Shown here piece after piece: positions 26,701 through 39,887 of a stretch of 64,000 nucleotides of DNA. Origin of the DNA: the human T2T-CHM13v2.0 reference genome, Homo sapiens; assembly GCF_009914755.1 (NCBI RefSeq), contig NC_060938.1. The stretch is one strand, 5' to 3'. The notes beneath the pieces are model-generated. The model was not told the DNA's origin and made no database searches. It saw only the letters and a list, made by a program, of their open reading frames with translations. Each line of letters opens with the position of its first letter. Position 1 is the first letter of the stretch. Position numbers and translations under genes: made by a program.

Positions 26701-27360
26701 TGCATGCACTTTACTGTGGTACAAAAATAGAGACTGGCATACAGTTGTGCAGGTTGAGTGTTGCACAAGAAATCCATGTCTAAGAGGGCACCATTCATTT
26801 AACAGACATTGAAGATTTGCACATTTATTATGTCCATTTTAAAGCATATGGCAACAAGATGCTTGCTCTAATAAAAGCAGCACGACAACTTTCCAACAAC
26901 TGGAAGGAAGGTATCATAAGGAAGACACATCTTACTTTTACAGAATGCCCCATGAGCAGCATAGCCCTGCCTCTGCCCTGCTACCATAAGGTCACGTAAG
27001 CCTCTCCAACCCCGGAACCACCATGGGAGGAGCTAAGGTAAGTGGAGTATATCTGAAAGACTGAATGTTTAGCCCAGAGTAGCTGAGCTAACCTAAAAAG
27101 ACAGTTTAAGCAAGAAAACGTGGTGATATCATTAATTCGCAAGTAAAATAATTTTTTGCACTGATACCCAGTAGGTTGGTAAATCAGAAAGAAGAATAAG
27201 AATAAGGAGTAGAAGAAGAAGAAGAAGAAACAGTCAGAGAAAATAAGCTACTGTTTTAGGTGCACATGCAGTTGAGTTGTTGTGTGACCACTGTCTCTCA
27301 GATGTCCCAGCTTTGACAGGAGGTGGCCTCCCTGGAAAAGAGAAGAAAACATAACTTTTA

Positions 27361-27699
27361 AGAAAGGATGAGTTCATGTCCTTTGCAGGGACATAGATGA
27401 AGCTGGAAACCATCATTCTCAGCAAACTAACACAAGAACAGAAAACCAAACACCACATGTTCTCACCCATAAGTGGGAGTTGAACAATGAGAACACATGG
27501 ACACAGGGAGGGGAACATTACATACCGGGGCCTGTCGGGGGTTGGAGGGCTAGTGGAGGGATAGCATTAGGAGAAATACCTAATGTAGATGACGGTTTGA
27601 TGGTGCAGCAAACCACCATGGCACATGTATACCTCTGTAACAAACCTGCACGTTCTGCACATGTACCCCAGAACTTAAAATATAATAATAATTTAAAAA
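27361..27699 (+). mobile_element. L1PA 3' end (5'-truncated)
   Basis: 'gatgagttcatgtcctttgcagggac...aacctgcacgttctgcacatgtaccccagaacttaaa'. Confidence 0.93.
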
Positions 27700-27757
27700 A
27701 TGATACTATCCACCTATGATCTAGAATCCAGGTTGAATATAGGTCCAATCACCTAGT

Positions 27758-27900
27758 GCAATGGTTCTCAAACTTTAATGTTTATAAGAATTAACTAGGA
27801 ATCTTAGTTTAAAAGATTCTTATTCAATACATCTGAAGTGGGGCCTGAGATTCTACATTTCTAAGAAATTCTCAGGTAATGCCAGTGCTGCTGGGCCCTG
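27758..27900. mobile_element. MER5A-like hAT DNA transposon
   Basis: 'caatggttctcaaacttt...gtggggcctgagattctacatttctaagaaattctcaggtaatgcc'. Confidence 0.75.
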
Positions 27901-27938
27901 GGTGTGGGTGTGGAGTTACATAATTTTAGAGTCTAGAG

Positions 27939-28366
27939 AAGAGGTTCTCAAACTTTAGTATGGATGAGAATCACCTGGAGAGCTTGTTAAGACAGAGCGC
28001 TCAGACTGTAGTCTACTCTTGTGTCATCACTGAGTCTTGGCCAATCAAAGGTGACCAACTCTTCAAACTGTGTTCAAATGATGCAAACATCAAGTAGCAA
28101 CCCATCTGGTTGTTTCTGTACCTCACACCATTTTCTGTATGTCACTTTCTTTCTTCTATCTATAAATCTTCCACCATTTGGCTGTGCTGGAGTCCCTGAG
28201 CCTACTCTGGCTCAGGAGGCTGCTCAATTTGCAAATTGTTCTTTGCTCAATCCCTCATCCCCAGAGATTCTGATTCAGCAGGCCTAGGGTGGGGCCTGAG
28301 AATTTGTGTTTTTGACAAGTTCCCTGATAACACTGATGTGAGTGGGACACACTTTGAGAACTACTG
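27939..28366. mobile_element. MER5A-like element split by a 255-bp insert (27997-28251)
   Basis: 5' part 'ggttctcaaacttt...agaatcacctggagagcttgttaagacag'; 3' part 'ccccagagattctgattcagcagg...cacactttgagaactactg'. Confidence 0.8.
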
Positions 28367-29025
28367 CTCTCAAATAGAGTGCAGCCCTTTCCTAAGTACC
28401 TCCTATTAATTGCCATCTACCAGAAAAAAAGGTACAGTCCCACCCAGTGAAGAGATGGATCCCTCCCACCCCCAAGTTCAGGCCCAACCTGATGTTTGCT
28501 GAGACAGAAATTCTCAAGCTAAGGTCTAGGCTCAAAGACTGCAGCTAATCAGGTTTCTGGCTGTGGTCTCTAACCTGCAGAATTGAGAAGAAGCAAACTG
28601 AAAGCAGCCAGCTTTTTAAGGGATCTATGTGATCTTTCACCCCTGTCTGATCTCATCACCCAGTGGTGCAGGCCACATTTGGTTCTTATGCCATGCCTTG
28701 GCCAATGGTGTTCATATCCATCTCTTCCTCCAAGTTGAAAGCTATTTAAGAACAGAAATCATGTTTAATTCACGTCTTAATTCCCTCTGAGCCTATCCTC
28801 AGCTCCCTTCCTAGAAACTAGCAGAGTTTTACATATTCTAGATGTAACAGGAATCCTATTTAGAAGACATTAAATTGTTACATTTTCCATTCCCATATAA
28901 GTGATTGTTCTCCCAAAGGCTTTCCATCATTAAAGCCCAGTTTATTGCCCAGGAAAAAGGAGGAAAGTATCAAAATGCCACAATGCATGAAGGAAGATAT
29001 TACTTGGTGATGCCCTACTGGACAG

Positions 29026-29421
29026 TGTTAAATCAAGTTTAGCTTAAAGCTGCCTCCTTGTGTATTTTAAGTTCAGCCTAAAGGTTTCTGTGTACATCAT
29101 GAACTATAACCTAAATGGAGTTGCACTCAGACTGTAGTCTACTCTTGTGTCATCACTGAGTCTTGGACAATCAAAGGTGACCAACTGTTCAAACTGTGTT
29201 CAAATGATGCAAACATCAAGTAGCAACCCATCTGGTTGTTTCTGTACCTCACACTAGTTTCTGTATGTCACTTTCTTTCTTCTATCTATAAATCTTCCAC
29301 CATGTGTCTGCACTGGAGTCCCTGAGCCTACTGTGGCTCAGGAGGCTGCTCAATTTGCAAATTGTTCTTTGCTCAATTAAACTCTGTTAAATTTAATTTG
29401 GCTAAAGTTTTTCTTTTAACA
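29026..29421 (+). mobile_element. MER57-family ERV1 solo LTR
   Basis: 'tgttaaatcaagtttagcttaaagctgcctcc...ctaaagtttttcttttaaca'; near-TSD ACAG/ACAA. Confidence 0.85.
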
Positions 29422-31345
29422 ACAAAAAGATGAAGTAGATATACCTTCTGATTCTACGAAGAATCCATGAGGTACAGAAAGCGAGAGCAAGAGATAGGAC
29501 ATATTTCCGGATTCATATTAAGAGAGATCAGCAAGGAAACCCAGAAGCAGAGCGGCAGAGGGGACTCATGCCTTGTTTGGGGTTCAGGGAGGAGATCACC
29601 TTTTAGGGCACCCCTGCATTAGTAAAATTGCAACAGAACAGAAAAATCGACATGGTGGTATACCATGGTGGTGATACTTAAGAAGAAAAGATAACTGGGA
29701 ATAGGTCCTCTGCTGTGGGATAGGGAAGGAATCCAAACATTGTCACTTGCTCCCAGAGGAAGAAGAGTATGGAAGAGAGATGAGGGCCAGTGGGCCTCCC
29801 ATGGATCCCAGTGGGAGGGAAACTTGACCCCATGGCAGAGGCTGCTGGGTGGAGAACCAAGGCCCAGGGTGGATGGAGGAGGCAGCTGAGACCATGGGGA
29901 GCTGCTGCTCTAGCAAGAACCAAGACAAGGGAGTATAACTGGAGGGGACACAGTAGACCCCCAGCAGACCACCAGATCACCAATTATACTGACTGTGGTC
30001 TCAGAAGCTTCTGCCAGGGGGATGCCTAATGGACAGACAGGACATCATCTCAAAGGCCAGAGGGGACCAGAAGACAGTATGAGGAGCAGCAGGTTGACAT
30101 CCTCACAGCAAAGAGGACAGGTAAGCTTTCCTCTCCATCCAGTTGCCATCTTATGGAAGACTACATCTTGTGAGAGGCACCTCTTGTGGAAAGTGCCTTC
30201 TAGTGAGTGGCTCTCCAAGACGAGAAACAGTACTAAGAGGGGCATGGAACTTAAACTTGATTGAGTCTTTATCCAGAAGACATAAACAAGTCTTTAAAAG
30301 ACTATTTAAGCCAGCAGACATGGAAATATCTTCTATGCACAAATTTAGGGTTTTTATTTCCCCACCAATGGTGGGAATGAGGTTTTCAGGGCGCAATGAT
30401 GATAGTTTCTTTCCCACATCTAAATGTAGTGTGCAAATATGTCACCTTTCAACTCATCAAATGCTTGGCAAATTATGCAGGATTGTGCTATTACATTGAT
30501 TTTACATAAGCCTAGTTTGTTTAAGCTAAATTTTCATCAAATAAAAAACAATAGCAGAAAATAGAGCTACTGTGAACAGCCCAGAAACAGTGCCTTGGTC
30601 ATTGGATAGTGGAACAATGAATGGATGAATAATGAGGAAATTAAGTACTTTTCAAAATTTTCCTTCATCTTTACTTTAAAACTCATTTGTTTTTCTGGCA
30701 TCCTTTGATGAAAATAATTTTCATCAAATGGATGCCAGAGGAAAGTATCAAAAAGCCACAGTGCATGAAGGAAGATATTACTTGGTGGAAACTTGGAGGG
30801 CTTGGAAGGGTTTTTTGAGTCCCTTTCAAGGAGGATAGACATAAAGATGCAATGCTAACAATCGCAATAACTATCACCACATTTCACTTCTGGTAAACAT
30901 TGAATATTTCTTTGGACATTTGGTGTGCTGATTAGATTTTAAGAGAGGTATTATGAAAATTATATAGTGTATTGGGTTAATTGGACTGAAGTGGGAAGAT
31001 GGTATGAGCTCTCCTGGGAGTTATCAATAGGGCTGACCAGGGCTGGGTAGGGCCCTTATTTGTAATGATGTCTGTCCTTTATTGGGTGGACAGCAGTGCT
31101 GCAGTGAACGTGCTAGGAACAGAGAATGAGCTCACTTTGAGGCATAACTGTTCTTTCAGTTCTAGCTGACCTGGAAGATTGGCTACTGTTGATCCTTGTC
31201 CATGTTTAGCTCTAGAAAGGCATTTGAAGAACATCCAGTACAAAACCCTCATTTTATAGGTGAGGGATCTAAGCCCAATTCCAAGTCTCCCAGTTCATAA
31301 ATTTTTTCTTTACTGTAGATTTTTCTGGATAAAGGTGACAACAGA

Positions 31346-31346
<1 letters not shown>

Positions 31347-31378
<32 letters not shown>
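31347..31378. repeat. (CA)16 microsatellite
   Basis: Perfect CA run. Confidence 0.95.
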
Positions 31379-31380
<2 letters not shown>

Positions 31381-31534
31381 GATTATTGGTCCAGGGGAGA
31401 AAAGTGCAGGGACACTTTCAGGTATGGCTGAATTCAAATGCTCAACCTCTGTGGCCAGGAGGACATTTTCACCATCTCTCAGTTCCACCTTTTGCTATTT
31501 TATTTTGGCTTTTATATGATGTCAAAGATGGTTA

Positions 31535-31820
31535 ACAGCATCTCCAGGCCCAGGTTCCACAGATTAGAAAATCCAGCGGGAAGAGAGCCTCTTTCTTGGT
31601 ATCTCTGGAAAATGTAAAGGTTCCCCTGCCCTTGTTCCTTCCCATCTTTAAACTGATCACTGTGGTTAGGGGTGTATAGTTTTCTCATAAGCCAGGGCAG
31701 GGCCCCATGCCTGCCCTGGAGAGTAGGGTCGGTCCCACCATAATAACAGAGACTGTAAGGAGAAGAGAGGATCGTTTCTCAAGGGAAAATCAGGATGCTG
31801 TTACCAAACAAAGGAGAGAA
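31535..31820 (-). mobile_element. MLT1 (MaLR) LTR fragment
   Basis: 'aactgatcactgtggttagggg...agggaaaatcaggatgctgttaccaaac'. Confidence 0.55.
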
Positions 31821-32967
31821 AAGAGTCTGTTTCTATGACTACATCTTTCTGGGCTGTGTGGTCCAAACACACCTGTGACACCAGACATGTCCCCTACATT
31901 ATTTTCCATTGAAAACGATGTTTATTTCCTTTTATACATGGTGAGAAATTGAGTTTCTTTGCATAGAGAATAGACTCCTTCAGAAATATTCATTCTGGAA
32001 GGTAATGTCAGGAAGGATCCTGGCAGGCAATGGAGAGATCACTCAAATTCAGGTATTCTGAGGAAAGTTTAGTAAAGAGATATTTACAAAGGATGGGCAG
32101 GGTACAAGGAAGCCACAAGGATGATGCGTGAACTGGGGATAAGAACATCTGGGCACCCTGAGGCCCCTGGCTCTGAGAGGGCAAGCAGAGGGGGTGGTTA
32201 CCAAAGCTGGAGGCACAGAAGTCTGTCTGCAGACCCCCAGGCATAGCCAGCCTATGGCCAGGCATTAAAATGAGAACTAGGGAAAGAAACAAAAATCCAT
32301 ACCTGCTTCTCCTCCCTCCCTCCAACTTGCTGCAGGAATTCCCTATTGAATGAACCACCAGGAAGCCAGTGAGAAATCTCTTTGTTGTAGGTCCTAAGAT
32401 CAGCCTCCCAGGGCACAACGGAAGAAGGACAAAAAGTGGGAGCAGAGAAACAAACAGGAAGTCAGTTTCTTATCTATTTTTACACTCTATTCATGGGCTC
32501 ATTCAGGGAAATACCCATAAGATGTCTAAACACATGCCCTGGTCTGATTTCCAGTGGCATTGACTGCTAAACATGTATGTTAAAAATGGCCTGTGTAAAC
32601 ATCAAAATACATGAGACGGTGAACATATCTAACAGCAGTATCAGTGTGGTCCCTTGAGGCTTCCTCTTGATTTGGAGGCATGAGGTTTGTTTGAACTTTT
32701 GTTCTTTCATTTACAGGCTACGTGACCTTTAACAAATGAGATAACCTCTCAGAGACTGTGTCCTTGTCTTTAATAGGAGGATATTTCCCCTGCCCACCTA
32801 ATGGTATCTGTTATTCAGTGCAAATGAAATATTGGATATAAAAGTATTTGAGAGTGATAAAGTACTAATGTTATATTGATCTTTTCAACCTTAAAATATG
32901 AGCATAAGAAATACAGATTAATATTTTTATGGGTATGATTTTTTGCAATGTTTATTTCAGAGTTCTA

Positions 32968-33934
32968 CGTGGGGAAAAGAAAGAGAGATCAGACTGTTAC
33001 TGTGTCTATGTAGAAAGAAGTAGACATAAGAGACTCCATTTTGTTCTGTACTAAGAGAAATTCTTCTGCCTTGAGATGCTGTTAATCTGTAACCCTAGCC
33101 CCAACCCTGTGTTTGCAGAGACATGTGCTGTGTTGACTCAAGGTTTAATGGATTTAGGGCTGTGCAGAATGTGCTTTGTTAAACAAGTGCTTGAAGGCAG
33201 TATGCTTGGTAAAAGTCATCGCCATTCTCTAATCTTGAGTACCCAGGGACACGATACACTGCGGAAGGCTGCAGGGACCTCTGCCCAGGAAAGCCAGGTA
33301 TTGTCCAAGGTTTCTCCCCATGTGATAGCCTGAGATATGGCCTTGTGGGAAGGGAAAGACCTGACCGTCCCCCAGCCAGACACCCGTAAAGGGTCTGTGC
33401 TGAGGAGGATTAGTGAAAGAGGAAGGCCTCTTTGCAGTTGAGATAAGAGGAAGGCATCTGTCTCCTGCTTATCCCTGGGAATGAAATGTCTCAATGTCAA
33501 ACCCGATTATACGTTCTATTTACTGAGATAGGAGGAAACCGCCTTATGGCTGGAGGTGAGATATGCTGGCGGCAATACTGCTCTTTAATGCACCGAGATG
33601 TTTGTGTACATGCACATCAAGGCACAGCACCTTTCCTTAAACTTATTTATGACACAGAGACCTTTGCTCACATGTTTTCCTGCTGACCCTCTCCCCACTG
33701 TTACCCTATTGTCCTGCCACATCCCCCTCTCCGAGATGGTAGAGATAGTGATCAATTAATACTGAGGAAACTCAAGAGACCAGGGCTGGCGCCCGTCCTC
33801 CGTATGCTGAGTGCCGGTCCCCTGGGCCCACTGTTCTTTCTCCATACTTTATCTCTGTGTCTTATTTCTTTTCTCAGTCTCTTGTCCCACCTGACGAAAA
33901 ACACCCACAGGTGTGGAGGGGCTGGTCCCCTTCA
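32968..33934 (+). mobile_element. HERV-K(HML-2) solo LTR, LTR5B-like
   Basis: 'gtggggaaaagaaagagagatcagactgttactgtgtctatgtagaaagaagtagacata...'; ends 'ggggctggtccccttca'; perfect 6-bp TSD GTTCTA (32962-32967 and 33935-33940). Confidence 0.95.
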
Positions 33935-34539
33935 GTTCTAAAGCCCACTTGGCTCATTCCACATGTGGCAGTATTTTTTTACCATGTGAACACCAAAATG
34001 AATTCGTGGCAAATGCACCTCCCGTTTATTGCAGGCTTGCATGAAGGAAATGATTTCCTATGATTCTGCTTACTGCTTAAAAAAATTAATCAAGTTTTCT
34101 GCCTGACAAGTAAGTAACTGTGTTTATTTTCTGTTCATGACTAGGCAAAAGCACATAACATCCCTATGTGTCCAGTGAGTTATGAAAGTTCTTTAAAAGC
34201 AGTGCATTAGCCATGGATCTTCCTGCTATCTCTCCCCTGCAGTTTGCTGAGAATGTTTTCCATAATAGAACCAGGCTTATCACAATTTATTCCTGCCTTA
34301 CTGACTACTAGGTCATTGCCTAGAGTTCTGAACCCCGGGTTGGAAGCTGTTAAAATTTAATAAAAACTACTTTAGAGAAAATGGTCACTCTCCCTTCATC
34401 CTCTCTCACCTCCCTCTGGCTCCTTGACCCCCATCCCTCCCTGAAGATGCTGGTCGCTAAGGCTCTTTTAATAGACTTCCTTATTGTCCCAGGTTTCTGG
34501 GAATTCATCAGTGATAGCTGCCATGGGTATGTTGAGAGG

Positions 34540-34715
34540 ATACTATATGCTGAGAACTCCACATCTGATATTTTACTTAATTTCCCCACAATATTATGAA
34601 GTAGATGTTATTTTCCCCATTGTACAATAAGAGATGGAAAGCTAGAGAGGCTAAAAGCAGAACAAGAATTTGAACCCAAATGCCTGTGACTGTAACCACC
34701 ATACATATAGCCTAC
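34540..34715 (-). mobile_element. MIR
   Basis: 'ttatgaagtagatgttattttccccattgtacaataagag...aagaatttgaacccaa'. Confidence 0.6.
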
Positions 34716-35469
34716 CTGTTTCCATGTTGTTCTAGCAGGATCCTTGTTTTCTTCCTTCTTACAGTAAAATCTGACTGATCACTGTTGAGTAACGGATCTT
34801 AATTAGGTCGAGATGCGGAAGGAGTTTGCTCCTGTAATTTCAGGAGGTCTTTGCATATACCTATTATTGCAAATAGATTTCGCTTTATTGGAAAAAGGCT
34901 ATCAGTATTCCCTGGGGACTCTATTTTTACAGCTGAGACTGCTGCTCTCTATCAGTCACTATGAAGTAGAAATTCTGATTATGATATCACATAAGATTCA
35001 AGGCCACTAGTGATAAATGTTCAAGAGGAGGTGTGTTCAGCTTTGTGATACACTATTGTGATAAAAATATGGCACAGGATTTTAAAAATATGAAAATGTA
35101 AAAGGAATACAAATATGATAAATGATTATAAGTCTATGTATGGAATTTAATCTATTTTTCCTAAATGCTGACTGTAAGCGGTTTAGCCCAGTGATATAAA
35201 CTGTGCCTGAGAAAGGTCCCAGTCAATTTCATGCTGTTCATGTGCCATTTATTTTTACTTTTTAAGTACATTGGGAAAATACATAAGAAAAAATGTACAT
35301 TCATCTTTTTAATGATACTATAAAAGATGGTGAACAAGTTAATCGGAAGAAAAGAAAAACAATTCATCTAGACATTCTTGCAATGAATTTTTGCCAAATG
35401 CTTAATTTTTACTAGATGCTAGGAGAATTGGGAAGCCTTAAGTCTGACACAGGATCCAGAGACAAAAAT

Positions 35470-36010
35470 TACAAAGTAGTGAGTGCTATGGTAAGAGTTA
35501 AGTAAGAAGGTTGGATAAGATGTCCACTACTAGCTCAATCTTGAAAGCGTCCAGGACACTTGCCTCTGAGACCTAAACGACTGAGTGGGCATTGATCAAG
35601 AGTGGGAGGTTGTTTCAGGGTCAGCACATGCAAAGGACAGGCTCCATTTTAGGAAAATGAAAGTAGTTCAGTGTTATTGAAGCTGATGGTGAGGGAGGAA
35701 GTGGCAGAAGATAAAGGCTGGAAAGAAACAAGTCAATAAGAAGCCACAAAAAAGTTGTAAGTAGATGAATGACATGATCCAATTTGTGCTTTAGGAAGAT
35801 TACTTTTGTCTCAGTGTCCAATATAGGTGGAGGGAGGCAAAATGAGAAGCAGAGAGTTATTTGATGGTGGAAAGAGAGAGCTGTTCAAACAAACAGGCAA
35901 GATTCAGTGGAGACCTGAACTAGGCAGGTGGCATCTTGGGTTGCAAGAAATGGACAGGTACAAAAGATATTTAGAAGGACAAGAAGGTATTTTAGTTGGA
36001 TGACGTACAT
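35470..36010 (-). mobile_element. L2 fragment
   Basis: 'gaatgacatgatccaatttgtgctttaggaagattactttt' and related antisense L2 motifs. Confidence 0.55.
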
Positions 36011-38699
36011 TTCAAAGGAACAAGGAAGAAGAATGGTCTGGGAATAGTATTGGTGAGCCAGGAGTCTTCATTTGAGTGGGCTGCAGGGAAAGTTGTGTCC
36101 TCAGAAGATGCCACATTTCAGTTATGGTACAATGGGAGGGAACATTCACTGTGGCAGTGGAATCACCAGAGGGCCACAAGTGGATCAGATTGGGAAGTGG
36201 GATAATATTCCAGCCTGAATTAGATTGTACAATCCCAGGGAGCAGGAATGAGGAAGGAAAGGGAGTAGAATAGAGAAAAAGGGGGAGTAATATGAGGATG
36301 CATTATAGGTCTAACTGCTTCCAGGTATGACTGATTGCTCAATCCCATAGGACCATCTTCTAAGAAGTTGTAATAATTTAATCACAGAGAAAAGTGAAGA
36401 ATTTAGCCACTGGCTGCAGCCTCCAATTGGTCAAAGGTTTGTCTCACAGAGCATGAACCTCCCTGCACCTCCATATAACACATATTTGAGTGCAACAGGG
36501 TTCTTATATAAGTATCATCAGGGTGGCCCCAGGGAAGGAGGTGAGAAGTTGCAATAATGTCAGGTTGCGCTTGCATGCAAGTGATCAGAATATACCCTAA
36601 GAGCAAGTTATCTCAGTGGCAGCTTGAATGAAATCGGTGAGCCAAAGCATATAAATTAGCACATAAAAGGTGCATAATACAGTCCACCTTCTGCACTATT
36701 CAGGGCCACTTTCCCCCATCATTATATCCAAATTGCATACTACAATATAGGCCCCCATTTTTGTGAGAATAAGTTGTCCTTATCTATTCTACAAGAGAGG
36801 AAGCACTCGTCCAATCTGTCACAAGGTCCCCTTCAAGGGAATGGTCCACCAGAGTCTGGTTGAGGATAAGTAAGACAAACTTCTGTTCCATAGCTGAACC
36901 TGGATCTGAAGTCATAAGTTATATTTATCTCCAACCTCTTCCAGCAATTCTATATTTCCCTCACTATGGGCCAGCACATTAGCTATCTGTGTTGGTCTCC
37001 CGGTGGGATGACACAAACATTCATCGTTGAGAGGCTTGAACCTTTATTTGCCTTATCCTTTTTGGGCCATAGTTGTTGCAATACAATTACGCATCAGCTT
37101 TTGACAATACAATTATGTAAGTACAATACAAACTATGTACAAATCTGTTATCGCTGGACACAGGAGCACCAAGAGATACCCTTGTGAAACCCTTGGGTTC
37201 CAGATGTGTTTCTTCTTGTCCTCACTGGTAACAGCAACTCTAGCTATTCAGCAGAGTCAGGGGCTATTACTTTTAATGATGTGCTAACTATTTATTCCCT
37301 GCTGGCCCATAAGCATGAGGAGTTCAACTGATATTTTCAGCTTCAAATTCAGGGGACCCTTACATTTTATCTGGCAGAATTATTCTCTTTCCCATCCACA
37401 GTCACAATTAAGATTTCTAATCCAATAGAGGCTAAAGTTGCAAGATGGAAGATAGTAAACACAAATTCCGTAATCACTTGGTTCCCAGTTTTATATAATT
37501 GAGCTACTGGGGATTCAAAACCATATATTGGTCATTGGCTTAATGTATATGCCATATCCTGGAAGATCACATTCAACCCTGCTAGATGTTGTCCCCAAGC
37601 TGGGATCTTAATGAACCTTTAATATGATTTCTACCATTCTCTTAGGATGGCTGCTTCTGGGTGATGGGGAACAAGGAACAATTATTAGATTCTGTTTCAT
37701 GCACTCATTACCTTGATTCTTATAAAACAGTTCCCTTGGTGTGTGGCAATGCTGTGTGAAATATGTGTTGATAAGTCAAGCATTCTAAAAACTTTTGGAT
37801 GGTAAGCCAGTGGAGGTACTACAGACAAGGAGGGCAAACCCAGGGTCTATTCACATTAAGGATCAATTCCTACAAGGACAAATTTCTGTCCTCCCCAACC
37901 CCCAGGGTAGAAGATGTCTAATTGTAATCTACCTGATACCAAGAGACTGGCTGATCTCCTCAATCTCTGCTGTTGACAAATTGAGCATTCAAGACTACCA
38001 TTAGCTAGACTAGAAGGAATTCATGCAAACCTTTATCTCTGCCATGAGACCACCCTTTTCTTGGGCTCACTGTCCAGCATAGAAGCAGTCAATGAGAGAG
38101 AGATGAAGTGACATACATGATGAGGTAGCCTTCCCCACTGGTTGCTGAGAGAACTGTTGGTGGTAGATGTTCTCTGGTAGGTAGTAATAGCTGCAAAATT
38201 TGTGTCCATTTTTATAGGTCAATCTATATGCCTCATCCTGTGACATCATCATTCCCCAGTTTTCTATTTGATTCCTTCCAGACTCCTCACCAGTTATTCA
38301 TGTCAAGTGGATGACAAATTTACTGCTCACCACTTTCCCGCTGGCTAATTTACTTTAACCGCTGCTCTTTAGAGATACCACTGAGTGGATCTATAATATG
38401 TCAGCAGTGTATTTTTGACTAGCATCTGTTGACACACTTGTGAGCCAGGCATGAAGTTTTTTTTCAATCTTCTATCAGTTGGTCATAGGGAATCCCCTAT
38501 AAGCCATAAGTGCAAGATGAGATAAAAGGTATCAGAGTGATAGAAACAGATGACATGCAAATTTGTGCCACCTCTTTGTGCAATTTACTCTTGCCTTTTG
38601 GACCTGCCTCAGTCCCATTTCCAGGCACGACATTCCATAATGTAGATTGCTGCTGTGGCTAACCCAATCTATGATTTAGTGGATTTAATCATACACAGT

Positions 38700-39150
38700 T
38701 GGCTGTAGTTCAGATATTTGCTCCTTTCAAATCTCATCTTGAAATTTGATTTCCAATGTTGGAGGTGGGCCCTAGTGGGAGGTGTTTGGCCCACGAGGAG
38801 TGGATCCCACATGAATAGCTTGGTACCACTCTCATTAGTGAGTGAGTTCTTGCTCTTTTAGTTTCAATGACAGCTGCTTTTTAAAGAGTCTGGCACCTCT
38901 ACTTCTCTCTCTCTCTCCTTCTCTCTCTCTCTCTCTTACTTCCTCTCTTGCCATGTGATCTCTGCACATACTGGCTCCCCTTAGCCTTCCACCATGAGTG
39001 GAAGTAGCCTGGGCCCCTCTGCAGAAACAGAAGCTAGCACCATGTTTCTTGTACAGTTTGCAGAACAGTGAGACAAATAAATTTCTTTCCTTTATAAATT
39101 ACTCAGCCTCAGCTATTCCTTTATAGCAATACTAAATGGACTCAGAAACA
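38700..39150 (+). mobile_element. MST (MaLR) solo LTR nested in the ERVL, containing a (CT)n tract
   Basis: 'aaatctcatcttgaaatttgatttccaatgttggaggtggg...tttataaattactcagcctcagctattcctttatagcaa'. Confidence 0.85.
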
Positions 39151-39887
39151 GCTCACACTTGGTGTCTTGTGATGTTATAATTAGGCATTCAATCTCTACA
39201 AATATCCGGTAGCAGGCCAGGAGCTGCAAAAGAAATTGCAGTCTGCAAAAGCCAGATAACTCTTTGTCAACTTTGAAGGAGATTCTCATTTCCTACAATT
39301 CCTTCATCATGGAGAGCTCTATCACGATTACATCTATTGAGTTTTATAGTTCAATAGTCTGGCTCTGCAGAAGGCTCCTGCAGAGCCTTCTGTTAACTAT
39401 GGCCCAGGAAAAACTTCCATATCTCCCAGAATATAGACCAAAGCAGTATTTTTAAATGCAGTCTATTCTTCCACCAAAATTCAAAAAGGCTCACCAAGCA
39501 GTGTACCTCTTTCTTAGTGGTAGGAGTTGCAAGTAGAACAATGTGTTTATTTCTTTGTAAGAATGTCCTAGCATATTCTGGATTGCTGGATATCTACTAA
39601 GTTGACCAATATCATGGGAACCTGAACTTCATTGGGTTTATCACCTACCCTCTGATATGCATGTATCTTACTGGGTCACCTAGGGTATTAACATTTCCAA
39701 TAACCATGACATCATCAATACAGTAGACAAGTGTTATACCATGACGTTCTGCAGAAGGCTAAGATGATGGAAATACCTAGCTATTATGTTGTGACAGGGA
39801 ACAGGATAGTTAACACAAGAGTGAGTATGTAGAGTTGCCCCTCTAAATGTAAAGTCAAATTCCTTTTGATCATTTTTGCTGATGGAA

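Noticed and set aside
29480-30300. Purine-rich stretch with several overlapping 60-118 aa ORFs
   Set aside because: No recognisable domain; likely an old LTR-type remnant or chance ORFs, and I could not assign it
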